Part shown: piece by piece, positions 13,696 through 26,019 of the stretch | Numbering within the stretch: the first letter of the stretch is position 1 | Layout: each line of letters begins with the position of its first letter | Source of the DNA: Podarcis vaucheri | Taxonomy: Eukaryota | Length of the DNA: 64,000 nucleotides | Strand: one strand, 5' to 3' | NCBI GenBank assembly: GCA_965113315.1 | Contig: OZ220367.1 | Position numbers and translations under genes: made by a program | The notes under the pieces: generated by a model | What the model saw: only the letters and a program-made list of their open reading frames with translations | Database searches by the model: none | Told to the model about the DNA's origin: nothing

Positions 13696-13880
13696 TGTTG
13701 TTCAGATTTCCCTCTGCTCTTTCACCTTACTCTGTAGTTCTGTAACTGGATAGGAGACCTGCAATGTTTGCTATTTTATTGAAAAACCAAATAAAATATA
13801 TGGGGTGGGGGAGATATTACTGGGTTTAGCAAAACTGCGGTGGAGCTGAATTGAGATGGTTGCTCTCTAGTTTCATTTGA

Positions 13881-14120
<240 letters not shown>

Positions 14121-14635
14121 TAAAATAAATCATTTAAGGGGAATTCATGAGATCATACAGGTCTGTTGTACAGGTGTGGCATTCTTGTGATACTGCAGAT
14201 CATGCTTTTCATCCCACAACTATTACAGGGATCTTCCTATGTCAGAAGAATACAATGGGCTTGAACATTATCCTTAGGTTTTTATGTACTTGTGACTAAA
14301 ATCTTAAATACTTGTCAGAAATCAGATCTGAATTTTGATCCAGGAAGTTGGTATGGTTTAAGACCTGGGCAGCATCAGCCTAATATACCAGTTTTGATAG
14401 AGAAAGTTATGTAAACTATTGTGTACAACTAGCAACATATGCAAGTTTATCTCCACTGGATCAACGGCTTAGATGAAAATGGTCATCTATTTTTTAAGAT
14501 TAAAATGAGAAAAAATTTCAGATGCCCGCACTCTGAAATAAATACTAAGTTCTATAAACGTTAGTGGAATCTATGCATCATACTGTACTTTTCAGTATGT
14601 GAGGCGGGTCTCCCTAAGAGGGCTTGGCAACTGAC

Positions 14636-14783
14636 TAGAGTTGCCATATGTATGGATTCAAAGAGCGAAATTAGCGTCTGGGGTTGGGGGAATGCATCAC
14701 TCTTTGCCTTTTTTGGTTGATTTCCCACAAAAAGCTCAACAATTTTTGTCCGGATTTTTACATCCTAAAATATGGCAACCCTA
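14636..14783. mobile_element. hAT (Ac/Tip100-like, TAGGG-ended) MITE
   Basis: TIRs TAGAGTTGCCATAT / ATATGGCAACCCTA; 8-bp TSD CAACTGAC/CAATTGAC; related to 43942-44163. Confidence 0.8.
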
Positions 14784-15347
14784 CAATTGACCAGTGAGGC
14801 ACAAGCTGCTTCCTCACCTAACACAAAATAAAAAAATTCCTTCCAGTAGCACCTTAAAGACCAACATCACCTAACACAGTTCAATTTTTCAATGTTATTT
14901 AATTGAGCCCAGAATCAGAACGCTTAGTTTCTTTGATCATTGTAGCAGCCAGCTGTGTAAACTATGCTATTTCTCTCCATGCTTGTTTTCTGTGCTGCAA
15001 GCAAATCTGGCAGCCCAGTCCCACTTCTTGTTTTGAGAAACTTTCTTTGGAGATCCTTTCCTGAGGACACCTATAGGATGGGATGGGTCCATAGGACTGT
15101 GCACCTCCAGTTCTTCATTTGTTTTGCTCACTTCCAGCTGAACCATTTCTATTATAGTTGAGTGTGTTTCATCAAGCATTTCTTTTCTTGATTTGATAAG
15201 ATGTGCAATGATGGCATTTGGGAACTTTGGCACTATTTTTTATTGTATGTTTCCTTGAGACACTTGTGAAGAAAGTAGTTAATAAATTAATAAAAATTAA
15301 CATAATTCTGATAGGATAAAAAAACCAAATATTTACTTTTCTGTTAA

Positions 15348-15479
<132 letters not shown>

Positions 15480-15778
15480 TAAGGTTAACTGTTGTTTCCT
15501 TGCTGCTGAAGTGTTACATTTCCAGCTTATTTCCAAAGGGAATTGGGCAAAATCAAGGTGACATACTCCCTTTAAAGCCTGTGGGACTGAATCACAGTCA
15601 TGGTGTTTTCTTGATATCATTGTAGTCCGATTACACAGAACTTTCTCTGGATTGTCTCCATTACATACAAGACATAAAAATTTGCACATCTATCATAATC
15701 GTGCAATCCCAAAGCTAACTTAATTTTGACCATTTCTAACAGGCAAAACTACTACAGTTAAGGTGTTTGTTGTGTTTT

Positions 15779-15830
15779 CTACACTACACTACACTACACT
15801 ACACTACACTACACTACACTACACTACACT
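15779..15830. repeat. (ACACT)n pentanucleotide microsatellite, ~10 units
   Basis: Perfect tandem ACACT array. Confidence 0.95.
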
Positions 15831-16682
15831 ATCCTTAGCAATATCTTCACAAAATCTTTTTGAAAACATAGTTTGGATCTCCTGGCAATTAGCAAAGTTA
15901 CATGTGCTGATGTTAAAGTGGCCAAACTAAGCAGGTCAAAATGGATTGCATACAAAATACGAATCCAGTGCTTTCACAATAAATGTTTCATGCATTAGCA
16001 AGTTTCAATTATTCCCAGTTCAGCAATATCAGCAATATATGTTTGAGTTAGGAAAGAGAAGTTTGAAATTTCCTCCAAATGGTGAGGAATTGGGAAGGAA
16101 ATTACTAACTCCCTGGCAGTATTTGGATGCCCATGTAATCTTATTGGACACCACTTTCCCTTCAGGGATTTGCACCAGTTTTAGCTTTTTGCATATAACC
16201 AAACACCTGATTCAGAGCTAGAAGCTGCTCTGTATTTAATGTGGGATAGTGAGACATTTGTTACAGATACAGAGAGGGCCAGCTACACCACAATTCCTGA
16301 TTTACCATCCACAAATTCTCTGCAAAGGCAAGCTTGAACCATTTCCAACCATCAAATTATAGGTTAATTTATTATATCAACCTATGCAATGCTAAAGCAG
16401 GCCATGATTCTTATGATGACATCATTAGGAACACTGCTGGAAAAAACTGTGTATTTCATAAAATACTCACGTTTCAAAATCATACAAGTGGATCCATAAT
16501 GTGGGGCACTACCAGGGTGAGGCATAAACTGCCCTATATTCTGGGAATAACAGCTAGCAAGGATACATTCCTAATGAAGATCAGTATAATTGTTCAACAT
16601 GAATGTAAAACTATATTACCGCCCATTTCGTCCACTACACATTTCAGTAAAGAAAGTGAACTGTGTGTATTAAGTAAAAACC

Positions 16683-16706
16683 CTACTACTACTACTACTA
16701 CTACTA
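16683..16706. repeat. (ACT)n microsatellite
   Basis: CTACTACTACT... run. Confidence 0.9.
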
Positions 16707-18680
16707 ATTTTTTTATTTACACCCCACCCATCTGTCTGGGTTGTCCTAGCCACTCTAATGCATCAACAGACTATAAATCAATATATGGTTCAAGTGCATA
16801 TTCTGGATTTGAAACAGCACTTGAATTGGGGATAAGAATAAGCTTTCCACAGATGTGTAACATGGTGTGTGATTATGTTCTGGGTCAAATTTATTTACTG
16901 CCTTCTCTCTCACATTAATTTGCTTTCCATGTTCAAGGGCAGAAATTGCATATGGCTTATGACTTTCTATTTTTAAAGTTTCTCGCTCATTTTTATGCTG
17001 GGTCAAAACTAGTAGGCATATATTCATGAAGGCAGCTGATAATACATTACATACACATTCAAATTTTCTTCCTGCTTGATTGTCATGGGTGAGCCCCCCC
17101 CCCACACATCTGGTCTCAACATGTCCTCTGATAGGAAGTCTATAAGGGAAAAAAAGGTTGATGGGTCATCCAGTGATTCCTTTCAAAATTTTGATAGATA
17201 TTTCATACTTGGCAAATTACTGCATATGAAAAGCATAATTAGCAAATCTGTTTTTTTAATCATGTGGCTTTCATTACTTTGGTTTAAATCCAAGTCCTTT
17301 TTCACTTCAAACTGTCTTCTTCTGGCATGGTTTAAAAATCTGGCAACCCCTGGTTTATAGCTCATAGTTTCTTAAGACTGTCCAAGAAGTTCTGCCAGGG
17401 CATCCTGATAAAAGATGCCAAAGATACCCACAAGTGAGATGATGGTCACTTTTTTCAACATCATTGCAAAATTATGGGTTTCTTTATGGTTATTCCAAGA
17501 TAATTTCCTCATGTTTAATGGATCCTATAATCCTTAATGATAATTGGTTAAATTCTATATCTTTTTCTTCTTGAAGTATAAATGAAGGAATATAGACATG
17601 TTGACCAATGTAGACACAAGTTTGTTAAATGATCCAAAAGATTATTGTTTGTGGGTAACCCTACATGATTTAGGCAATTATGGGATAATGTCTGGTGTGG
17701 TTTCATTTTATATAGCCTAACAGACAATTTATTGGAAAATCTAAAAGCTATCAGATGAAAAGTGAAATTCCTTTGTATTTAGAAAGGGGTAATTTTTCTC
17801 TAGGGAATGGGTTGAGAAGGACTGAGAGCTTCCGGTGAACTAGAACATTTCGTTGCATGTTTGTGTTTAAAATGTTATGATAACAAGGCAAACCAATCAA
17901 AACTTATCTCCATTTAAATTATACAGAATGCTTCATAAAATCAATGGAATAATTTTTTGGTGTGCAGTACTAAACAGTGTCAGTAATTCACATGACTGCT
18001 TCTCCATGACAAAGGTCACAATCTTTTATAGAATTAAATGCATCTAGGCCTATTGATTTCACTTTGAAGCCGATGTGTTCATAGTGCTCTGCACCTCCCC
18101 AACACAATACTCACTGCAAGCCCAAGATCTAGGTAGAAGGCCTTTATGTAAATGGGTTTAACCTGTTGTGTATATATTTATTTATTTTTATTTATGAAAT
18201 ATGTATTGCACCCTTGCCCCATGACTGTTATTCTATTTTGTCCTCACAACAAGCCTGTGAAGTGGTAACCCATTACTTTCCAACTATGCTGTGAAGCAGA
18301 TTGTATGCTACTGATCGTTGTTATGCTTATTGCTCGTGGTTAATAGGGCAGTGAGAGACAGTTGAGAACATGAATTTTTTTTCCTTTTGGTCAATAGTAA
18401 CTATACTGGGAATTCTACTTTCAAGAATAATGAAATGTAGTAATCTAAAACTCAGATGTAATAGTGAGAAAAGCTATCTTCACCATTCTGTCAGACTGTG
18501 AATTGAATTTCAAAGGATTATTGGCCACTTAATAAAGTGGACAGAGTGGTTATTGATTTTAATTATGGCAATTACCACCTATGGGATAGTTAATGCGAAA
18601 CAAAGTTTAGAAAGCAAGGTCCTGTTTCTGCAACTGCTAACAGGTAATTTTGTTTTCATTTGATATGTATTTTTTTGAAG

Positions 18681-18908
18681 AATTAATGGAAGTCACTTTA
18701 AGGATGAAAAGACTCTGGTGACAAGCCAGAACTCAGACTTGTTGGAAGACGAAGAAGCAGAAGATGAAGTAATGATGGATGAAGAAGATGAAGAAAGTGA
18801 GATAACAGGGGGGTCAGTTAAAGAACCAGCTGTAAGCAGCATATGTGAAGAGGGTGACTATGAAGAAGCAAATGCTTTGGAAATGAATTGCAAGACTTCT
18901 CCTGGCAG
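18681..18908 (+). CDS. MECOM: MECOM exon, 228 nt, acidic domain: (R)[39 protein letters not shown]...[10 protein letters not shown]
   Basis: TTTTTTGAAG acceptor, AG|GTAGGA donor; D/E-rich translation matching the EVI1 acidic region. Confidence 0.95.
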
Positions 18909-19313
18909 GTAGGAGCAAAATCAAAGCAAGATGGTAGAAAATACAGCAGAAGTCCCAATTTCTAGGGCTTAATCCAGGTTCTGTATTTGCAGGTTGACCT
19001 AAATATGTCTGTTAATAATTATTTGTGGACAAGGTTTGGAATAGAAAAACTATAGTGCAACTGAGCAGCTTTCTAAGGGGTGTGATCCAGAGAAAGTTAG
19101 CCACACTTTATAGTTTCATTTCAATCAGTAGAACCTAATCATATGGTTAAGAATTTAATTTTAAAAAAGAACCATGTCTATTATGCCCTCAGTTTTGCCC
19201 AAAGTCTGTTAAAGGAAAGACCAGACAAAATATTTCAATTACTATTTTTTAAAAATCACTGATAATTTGCTTTTCAAAACCAATCAGTACGCCAATCTTT
19301 GGACGTTTCATAG

Positions 19314-19500
19314 GTATAAGGAAGATGAGTTTAATAAAACTGGACTTTCTGCGTTGGACCATATAAGGCACTTCACTGATAGCCTCAAAGTGAGGAAAGC
19401 AGAAGAAAGCCAGTTCAGTGAAGCTGAACTGGCAGCGTTTAGCACCTCCCATCTGCCAGAAGACTTAAAGCAGCCATTGTGTCGCAAGTCCAAATCCCAG
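19314..19500 (+). CDS. MECOM: MECOM exon, 187 nt: (R)[25 protein letters not shown]...[10 protein letters not shown]
   Basis: TTTCATAG acceptor, CAG|GTAAAT donor; [16 protein letters not shown] and RKSKSQ are EVI1 motifs. Confidence 0.96.
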
Positions 19501-20854
19501 GTAAATCTATTTTATTGTGCTTTCAGGATAAATTGTAATCTGGTTGGGAAGGGTGGGAAGAGTGATGGTGGGGATTGAAACAATAGATTGGGAGGAGTCA
19601 AAGAAGGCCAGTGCCGAGTCAATAATCCTGAGAGTAGCAGAGGAGCAGACAGTCCCGTACAAATGTACACTGAAAACATAAAACACTTGTTGCTGCATAT
19701 ACCAACAGTAAGAAACCCATCTGGAGATTCCCTCAAAAGGCCACCTCAATTTGTTTGACCTTTTGTGCTGATATGGTTAATGCACCTCTGTTTTTCTGGC
19801 CCATGGTAGATGAGCAAGTGCTGCTGCTGCATCAGCACCACATCCAACTGAGCTGGTGCTGAGAAAATGGTGGACAGACGCTGCTCAACTGCAGTTAAGG
19901 GATCAGGAAGACAGCATTGGACATGCATCTTCTCTTTTCCCCTTTCTTCTCTAGTACAAATATATCCAGGCTAATGACAGTGGTTCAGCCACCAACATTA
20001 ACAATGATGTTTGTTCTTTGAAACTGTTTCCAAACCCAGGTTTCCAAACCTGGCTAAGAAGATTTGACCTTGTGTTTTAATATCTGTAAATTAAGGACTT
20101 TTAAAGAAAAATAAAGATTAGTGCAAACCATAGTTAATGTTGGTGCCAATGTAATTCCTGACATTTGTTAAGATAGATGGGGGAAATATGCACTGGAGAA
20201 TTGAGTACTAAGAGAAAGAGAGAGTGCAATCCTGTGGTCTGTTCCATTCCCATATTCATAGACAAGAGAGTTCCAATGTTTTGTCTGCACTGGTCCTATT
20301 ATTCGTTTTTACTGGGTGGTACAACTGAGATGGCTAGGCTGTCTAGTTGTAACCTGAAACTATACTTTTCTGGAAAGGAGTCAAGTGTGCTTACACATGC
20401 TAGTAGAAATTTTAATGTCCCCAGTAGGCCCATGAATACTGCCAATCCTCGTCAGTTTTCTACTTTGCAGAGAAGGTTAACATTTAAACTTGTTTGAGAA
20501 GATTCGGAACATGCCACAACACAGTGAAATCCATGGGGATCCTCTTAACTTACTTCCATGAAGTAAAGACCATAGTCATGTAATTAGGTTTTGAAATCAC
20601 TGAATTGTTCTGTACCAAGGTAATTAACCCCATTAGTGCAGCATTTCTCCAACTGTGGGGCATGAAGTGTTGCCAGTTTGGCCACTAGTGGCAAAATAAC
20701 TGCAGTTTTGCTCAACTGAGGGCCTAGCTGGAAACACGCCAGTTTTTGCTGCAGGGGAGGAATAGAGAAGGCAAAAAACCCTTGTCTATCCAAACATTGT
20801 TGCGGCTGCCTTTCTGACTATGCCCCCGGCTGCCTTTTCTTTGTTTCCATACTA

Positions 20855-20957
20855 CCGTATTTACTCGAATCTAATGTTTCATCGAATCTAATGTGCACCT
20901 TAATTTTCACAACGTAATTTGGCCAAAAAAGTGAGCATTAGATTCGAGTAAATACGG
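20855..20957. mobile_element. Tc2/pogo-like mini-MITE, 103 bp
   Basis: Perfect 22-bp TIR CCGTATTTACTCGAATCTAATG / CATTAGATTCGAGTAAATACGG, flanked by TA on both sides. Confidence 0.9.
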
Positions 20958-21257
20958 TATATGAAGTTCTTTGGCTTTTCCCTCTGCCACATTGGGGGCC
21001 CATAAAGTAAAGTACACAGATCCAAAGGGTTTAACAACACAGGCCTAGCACAGTTTCCATTTTTTTCTGTCATGAACCTTCAGAAATCTAGTGAGAGGAC
21101 TTTGTGGTACAGGGTGAATTCCAAAATGGTTCCCAGGTGGGAGCCATACTGCTGATTCCCACTGAAAGAATAGGTTCTTCCACGATAGAACTATGACTCT
21201 AAATGATATTACTGAATATCTTATTTTGACTTCTTCCTCCTTCTTCTTCAACTGTAG

Positions 21258-21392
21258 GCCATTGCTATGATGCTTTCACTCTCCGACAAGGACTCTCTCC
21301 ACTCTGCACCCCACAATTCATCCAATGTGTGGCACAGTATGGCAAGAGTTGCTGCAGAATCCAGTGCCATCCAGTCCATTAGTCATGTATGA
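21258..21392 (+). CDS. MECOM: MECOM terminal coding exon: [44 protein letters not shown]
   Basis: Long pyrimidine tract + CTGTAG acceptor; ends ...AIQSISHV then TGA at 21390-21392, the EVI1 C-terminus. Confidence 0.97.
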   Translation, partial: AIAMMLSLSDKDSLHSAPHNSSNVWHSMARVAAESSAIQSISHV

Positions 21393-22755
21393 CACCGTCA
21401 AATGTAACAGGATTGGGACCAAGTCCAAACTAGCAACATGGCTCTTTGCTAGAAGACTATTTAAAAGACTGCAGAGCAGAATGCCTTAGAAATCTGATGG
21501 GTCACATTTAAAGTCAGGTGACCTTAAACTGAATGATTTGAAAGAAAGAAAGAAAACTATTTATTCTCAATCTTTTGTTTTGCACAGCGAAGGCAGCTGC
21601 TGACATTTTGAGGATCAATGCGACTTTCAAAATACATGGATCAAATAGACCTTGTTGGGGAATATGTGTCTTCCACTCCACCTGCTTGGGGAGGGACTTA
21701 TGGGTTAAGACGTGTATTGTTACACACACGTTAGCACTCCTTTAAACTAAAACAGAATTGTTTTTTCCTTTTTGAGTCCCCCCCCCCCCCCGTGTAGAAT
21801 GGTAATTGTAGGCAGGATTAGGAACAGTTGCTTTTCTATACAAATCCTCTTCATCTATGCTTTATGCGTTTGAAACCATTTAAGGAAGACAAAGCAGTTC
21901 CCTCGAATGTACATCTACCATTAATCTAGAACCTAATCACAAGGAATATTTTGCCCCCTCCTTAACTTTTGCCTTCTGAACTGCATTGTAAAAATAAAGA
22001 ACCACATGAGAGACGTCTGTGTATATTGTAAAAAAAGAAGAAGAAAAAACTTGGGAGAGTTCAGCAATTAAAGGAGGTGAGTCTTTCAGCATACTACATG
22101 CAAAAGACCACAGTCATCAAACATACCACTATAGTTCAATGTTTCCCTGATCAATGTAATGACATTTTAATTTTAGACAATCATGTCACTGTTTTGTTTG
22201 TTTTATTTTGTTGGTGTTCATTTGTTGCTCTTGATTTCTTTCTTTATTGGTGTTGCGTGTACATGTAATTTATTTGTTGGCAAACAATTGTTTGTGGATT
22301 AAGAAAAAAGCACTCTTGCTAAATGTAGCACTGTTCATATGAAATTAATAGCACTGTTCCAGTTCTCTCCAACCCCACCCCACATCATTTTTCTGGGCAC
22401 CCATGGACTTAAAAAAAGGAGGCGAACTGATCTGCATATATGTTCGTGCAAACAGTGTTTAAAAAAGATTTCTTACATTCCTCTTTTACTATCGTTTTTT
22501 TCCTTTTACTAAAACTAAATAATGAATAGAGGTGATTTAGAGATTTTTTTGTAATACAGCAAAAATGATTCAAATGTATAAAGCATTCTAATTTTTTCTT
22601 CATGAAAGCATGATTCTTCTGATTAAAAAAAGAAAAAGAAAGCTGTACCCAATATTTTATGCCGGTTGTCTGCGAGCTTGTGTGATGTTACGTTCATGTT
22701 AATCCTATTTGTAAAATGAAGTGTTCCAAACTTATGTTTAAAAAAGAAAACCCCC

Positions 22756-22765
22756 AATAAATAAA
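22756..22765 (+). terminator. Candidate proximal poly(A) signal (overlapping AATAAA x2)
   Basis: AATAAATAAA followed by a U-rich stretch and a G-tract. Confidence 0.5.
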
Positions 22766-22974
22766 TAATGAATTGTATTCAGTTATTTTGGGGGCAGGGG
22801 CGGGAGGGGGCCAAGAATTTCGCCCTTTTGGTGAGGGACCAGATTTTATTTTCCTTTTTGTTTATTATCTCATTTTGAAATAACCAGCAAGTTGAGGTAC
22901 TTTCTTTAAATGCTTTGTACAATGTAACTGTTATGCATTTCAGTACATTACTATGGGAGGATCAAATTTAAAAA

Positions 22975-22980
22975 AATAAA
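22975..22980 (+). terminator. Probable distal poly(A) signal
   Basis: AATAAA preceded by TGTA elements (TGTACAATGTAAC) and followed by U/GU-rich TTTTGTTTTGTT. Confidence 0.7.
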
Positions 22981-23290
22981 GGATTACAAAATGAAGACAT
23001 CATTTTCACTGGCCTTTTGTTTTGTTGGCTATAGAATGGATTTCAACAGCATTTGTATGAAATTTCCCCTACTAGCAATAATGCTAACTGCACACAAACT
23101 CTGCTTTTGCAAAAGGACAAAAGCAAACCCACATCCCTGTTGGCCCTCAAAACACTCAAGTCTAGAGAGAGCTATCAATATGATTACTTTGTTTTCTCAA
23201 CAATCACAAATGCTAAACATAAGATGGTTACAGCAATCACAGTAGGTTGGGGAAGATAGAATCAAAGGCAGTCAAACATGTACAGCCTTC

Positions 23291-23292
<2 letters not shown>

Positions 23293-23379
<87 letters not shown>
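23293..23379. repeat. (GA)n microsatellite, ~87 bp
   Basis: Near-perfect AG array with one short interruption. Confidence 0.97.
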
Positions 23380-23382
<3 letters not shown>

Positions 23383-25345
23383 CACCATTCTAAGGCCTGT
23401 TGGGGAATGGTCTAACCCTGGAATGCCTCCTATGCTGCTTAGGAGAGCGGATTGTAAGGCCAGACCTCTTTTACCCACACCTCTTTTACCCACAGAGAGG
23501 GAGATCTACAAAATCTTATGGTACCTGGGACGACTGCCGGGGAAAACTGGTTTATTCTGTAAATTGTTTATATATCTAGATTTTTTTATTTCAGGTTTTG
23601 GTTACCTGGCAAAAAGTCCCCATCTAGACTAGACTAATCTAGGACTGTATAAGTGAAAGCAGGTTACCAAACAAACAGTGAAGGCAGATCCCTTAGGGTA
23701 AGTGGGACACTGCTGCACCAACTTTAGCTTGCCTTCAGCTAGGTCCCACCTGCTTACATTTTTTACAACCCATACAGGGGATGAAGGCATTCTGCTTCTT
23801 AGTCTCAGTATTGCCTTCGTAGAACTCAATACTGAGACTGATAATGACAAAACTATTTGGCTCTGCCTGTCACTGGTTCTGGCTTCACCTATTCTTGGCC
23901 TCCTGCCTTACTTACTACCAGCCCCAATGGACCAGCCACCACTACAACCAGAACATATGAGGGTATTGTTAATGTTCTCTTTTTGTGAAAGTTAATAGCA
24001 ACCCCCCCTGCAACACACAGAGTAAATAATTGTATTTTCTTCCTCAAGCACACCAAGGAACCATCTACTCAGCATTTTGCTTCCAACAAGATTTGAGGGC
24101 GATAACCATCTCCTTTTGGATGCCCAATTATGTTGTCATCAGAAGTATAAGGCTTTGCGTATGAATATTTAAATAGTGAACAGCCATTGACTGACCTATC
24201 CTCTGTGAGTTTATCACTTTACAAAACTAACTTAGTGAGTGGCCAACACCACATTTTGTAGTAATGAATTCAATAAGTGAATTATGTATTGCAAAGAATT
24301 TGCTGGACCTACTGCCAAAAAAATTCATAAGATCTCTACGTCAGCATCCACAGGGCCCTTGCATAAGTGGAAAGCAGTCTGATGTATTCATTGTGTATCT
24401 TATTTCCAATTCTGGCTGTATTGCCTCACTTTGTAGCAGACTCTTCTCTGGAAGATACCCCGACCTTGAGAAGTAGCCAGGTGTGAGTGACTGCAGTGGG
24501 GAAAGGGCACATGGTGTTCCTGGCTCTACAATTGTTTGTGGGTTATCATTATTATCATTATCATTACTGAGTGTCAAAGTACAAGTGCATGAACTGGACT
24601 TGTTCCTTACACCAATTGTATCAGAGGTTGCTTTGGAATTTAGTGATCCAATGTTGTTATCCTGCCTCATACAATATATTTTCATGGGCAGGGAATCCCA
24701 GAGTATTTTAGCCAGACAGTAATTGACAAGTCACTTTTTGGGGTTAATAATTTATTTTGCACTTGTCCTATGTCTGCCTTTCCTATATAATGTCCATTTA
24801 TTTGCACAATTGCAGCAGTGAATGAAACAGTGATGAGTCAAACGCTTCTAATTATTTCCTATTCTTTTCTGTGCTCTCACATACTCTTCACCCTTTGATT
24901 AATGATCACATATATCCAAGACCAAAGTGACCTTAGGGTTTGTTATCACAGGCTAATTGATCACAGAAAAAACCTTGCAAGTGTCTCTGATTTAGTTGCA
25001 ATTTTTGCATTTGGAATAAAGCTTTCCATCACACTAAAAATAAATAAATATGAACCCTTAATGGTGTCATGCAGCTAGGAAGGAGGGGGTACATGCTCAG
25101 CAAACAAAGGAATCCTTAACCTCTACTCTCTTCTACCTGTCAGTTACAAAGACATAGTGTGCCTTCAAGTTACTTCTAATGTACTGTACAGTAAATGTTA
25201 TTAAGGGACTTTTATGTGGCAGCAAGTAAGTGGAGCAAAATAAAAATCCAAAATAAAGATTTGCATATTATCATTCAATACATCAACCTGAGACCATGCC
25301 AGACTCTTGAAATTGACAGGACATGTAATCAATGGCTTTAATGTA

Positions 25346-25591
25346 CAGTCATACCTTGGGTTACAGACGCTTCAGGTTGCGTTTTTTTCAGGTTACGGAC
25401 ACTCCGAAACCCAGAAGTACCAGAACGGGTTACTTCCGGGTTTCGGAGGTCACACATATGCAGAAGTGCTAAATAGCGCTTTGCTCATGCGCAGAAGTGC
25501 CAAATCACAACCCATGTGCGCGCAGACGTGCCGGTGTGGGTTGCAAACGTGCATCCCGCACGGATCACGTTTGCAACCCGAGCATCCACTG
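25346..25591. mobile_element. Tc1/mariner (Tigger-like) MITE
   Basis: TA|CAGT...ACTG|TA ends with GGGTTAC/GCAACCC subterminal inversion; CpG-rich; related to 42867-43109 in opposite orientation. Confidence 0.82.
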
Positions 25592-25724
25592 TATTTGATG
25601 TTTTAAAGGGTGCTTTGAAACATTGTTTAAAGGGCTGAGCACCTGTAAATCTGAGTTTTGTCGCACACAGACAGTTCCTAGACAACAAAGTATTTCCTTC
25701 ACAAAGAAATGGCACTCTCAGAAA

Positions 25725-25900
25725 CCATTGGTTCTGGCCCTATCCTCCAGAGCAGGAGAAAACAAGCTTGCTCCAGCCTCCATGTGAACAGCCCTTTAGA
25801 TATTTGAAGATGGCTCAGTCTCCTTTTTACCAGACTAAACATACCCAATTCCTTCAACCATGCCTCATAAGGCTCAGTTTCCAGACCCTTGGCTCCCTCC
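25725..25900 (-). mobile_element. CR1 LINE ORF2 3' fragment
   Basis: Reverse strand encodes KGLETEPYEAWLKELGMFSL...IFKYLKG-like CR1 C-terminal residues. Confidence 0.75.
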
Positions 25901-25979
25901 TTACATTGTTTATTCTGTTATCACCAGGTTGGGCACTGCACTGTTCTGTGAACAGCCCTGGGTATAGGGCAGTATATTA

Positions 25980-26018
25980 ATTAATTAATTAATTCAATCA
26001 ATCAATCAATCAATCAAT
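25980..26018. repeat. (TTAA)n(TCAA)n microsatellite
   Basis: Directly visible tandem array. Confidence 0.85.
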
Positions 26019-26019
26019 T

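Larger units (their letters stand above)
21393..22995 (+). other. MECOM: MECOM 3' UTR (approximate 3' end)
   Basis: AU-rich, repeat-free segment from the stop codon to the distal AATAAA at 22975-22980; end position inferred. Confidence 0.75.

Noticed and set aside
16334-16918. 194-aa ORF, the longest in the track
   Set aside because: Intronic, non-ATG start, runs through an (ACT)n microsatellite and shows no recognisable domain.
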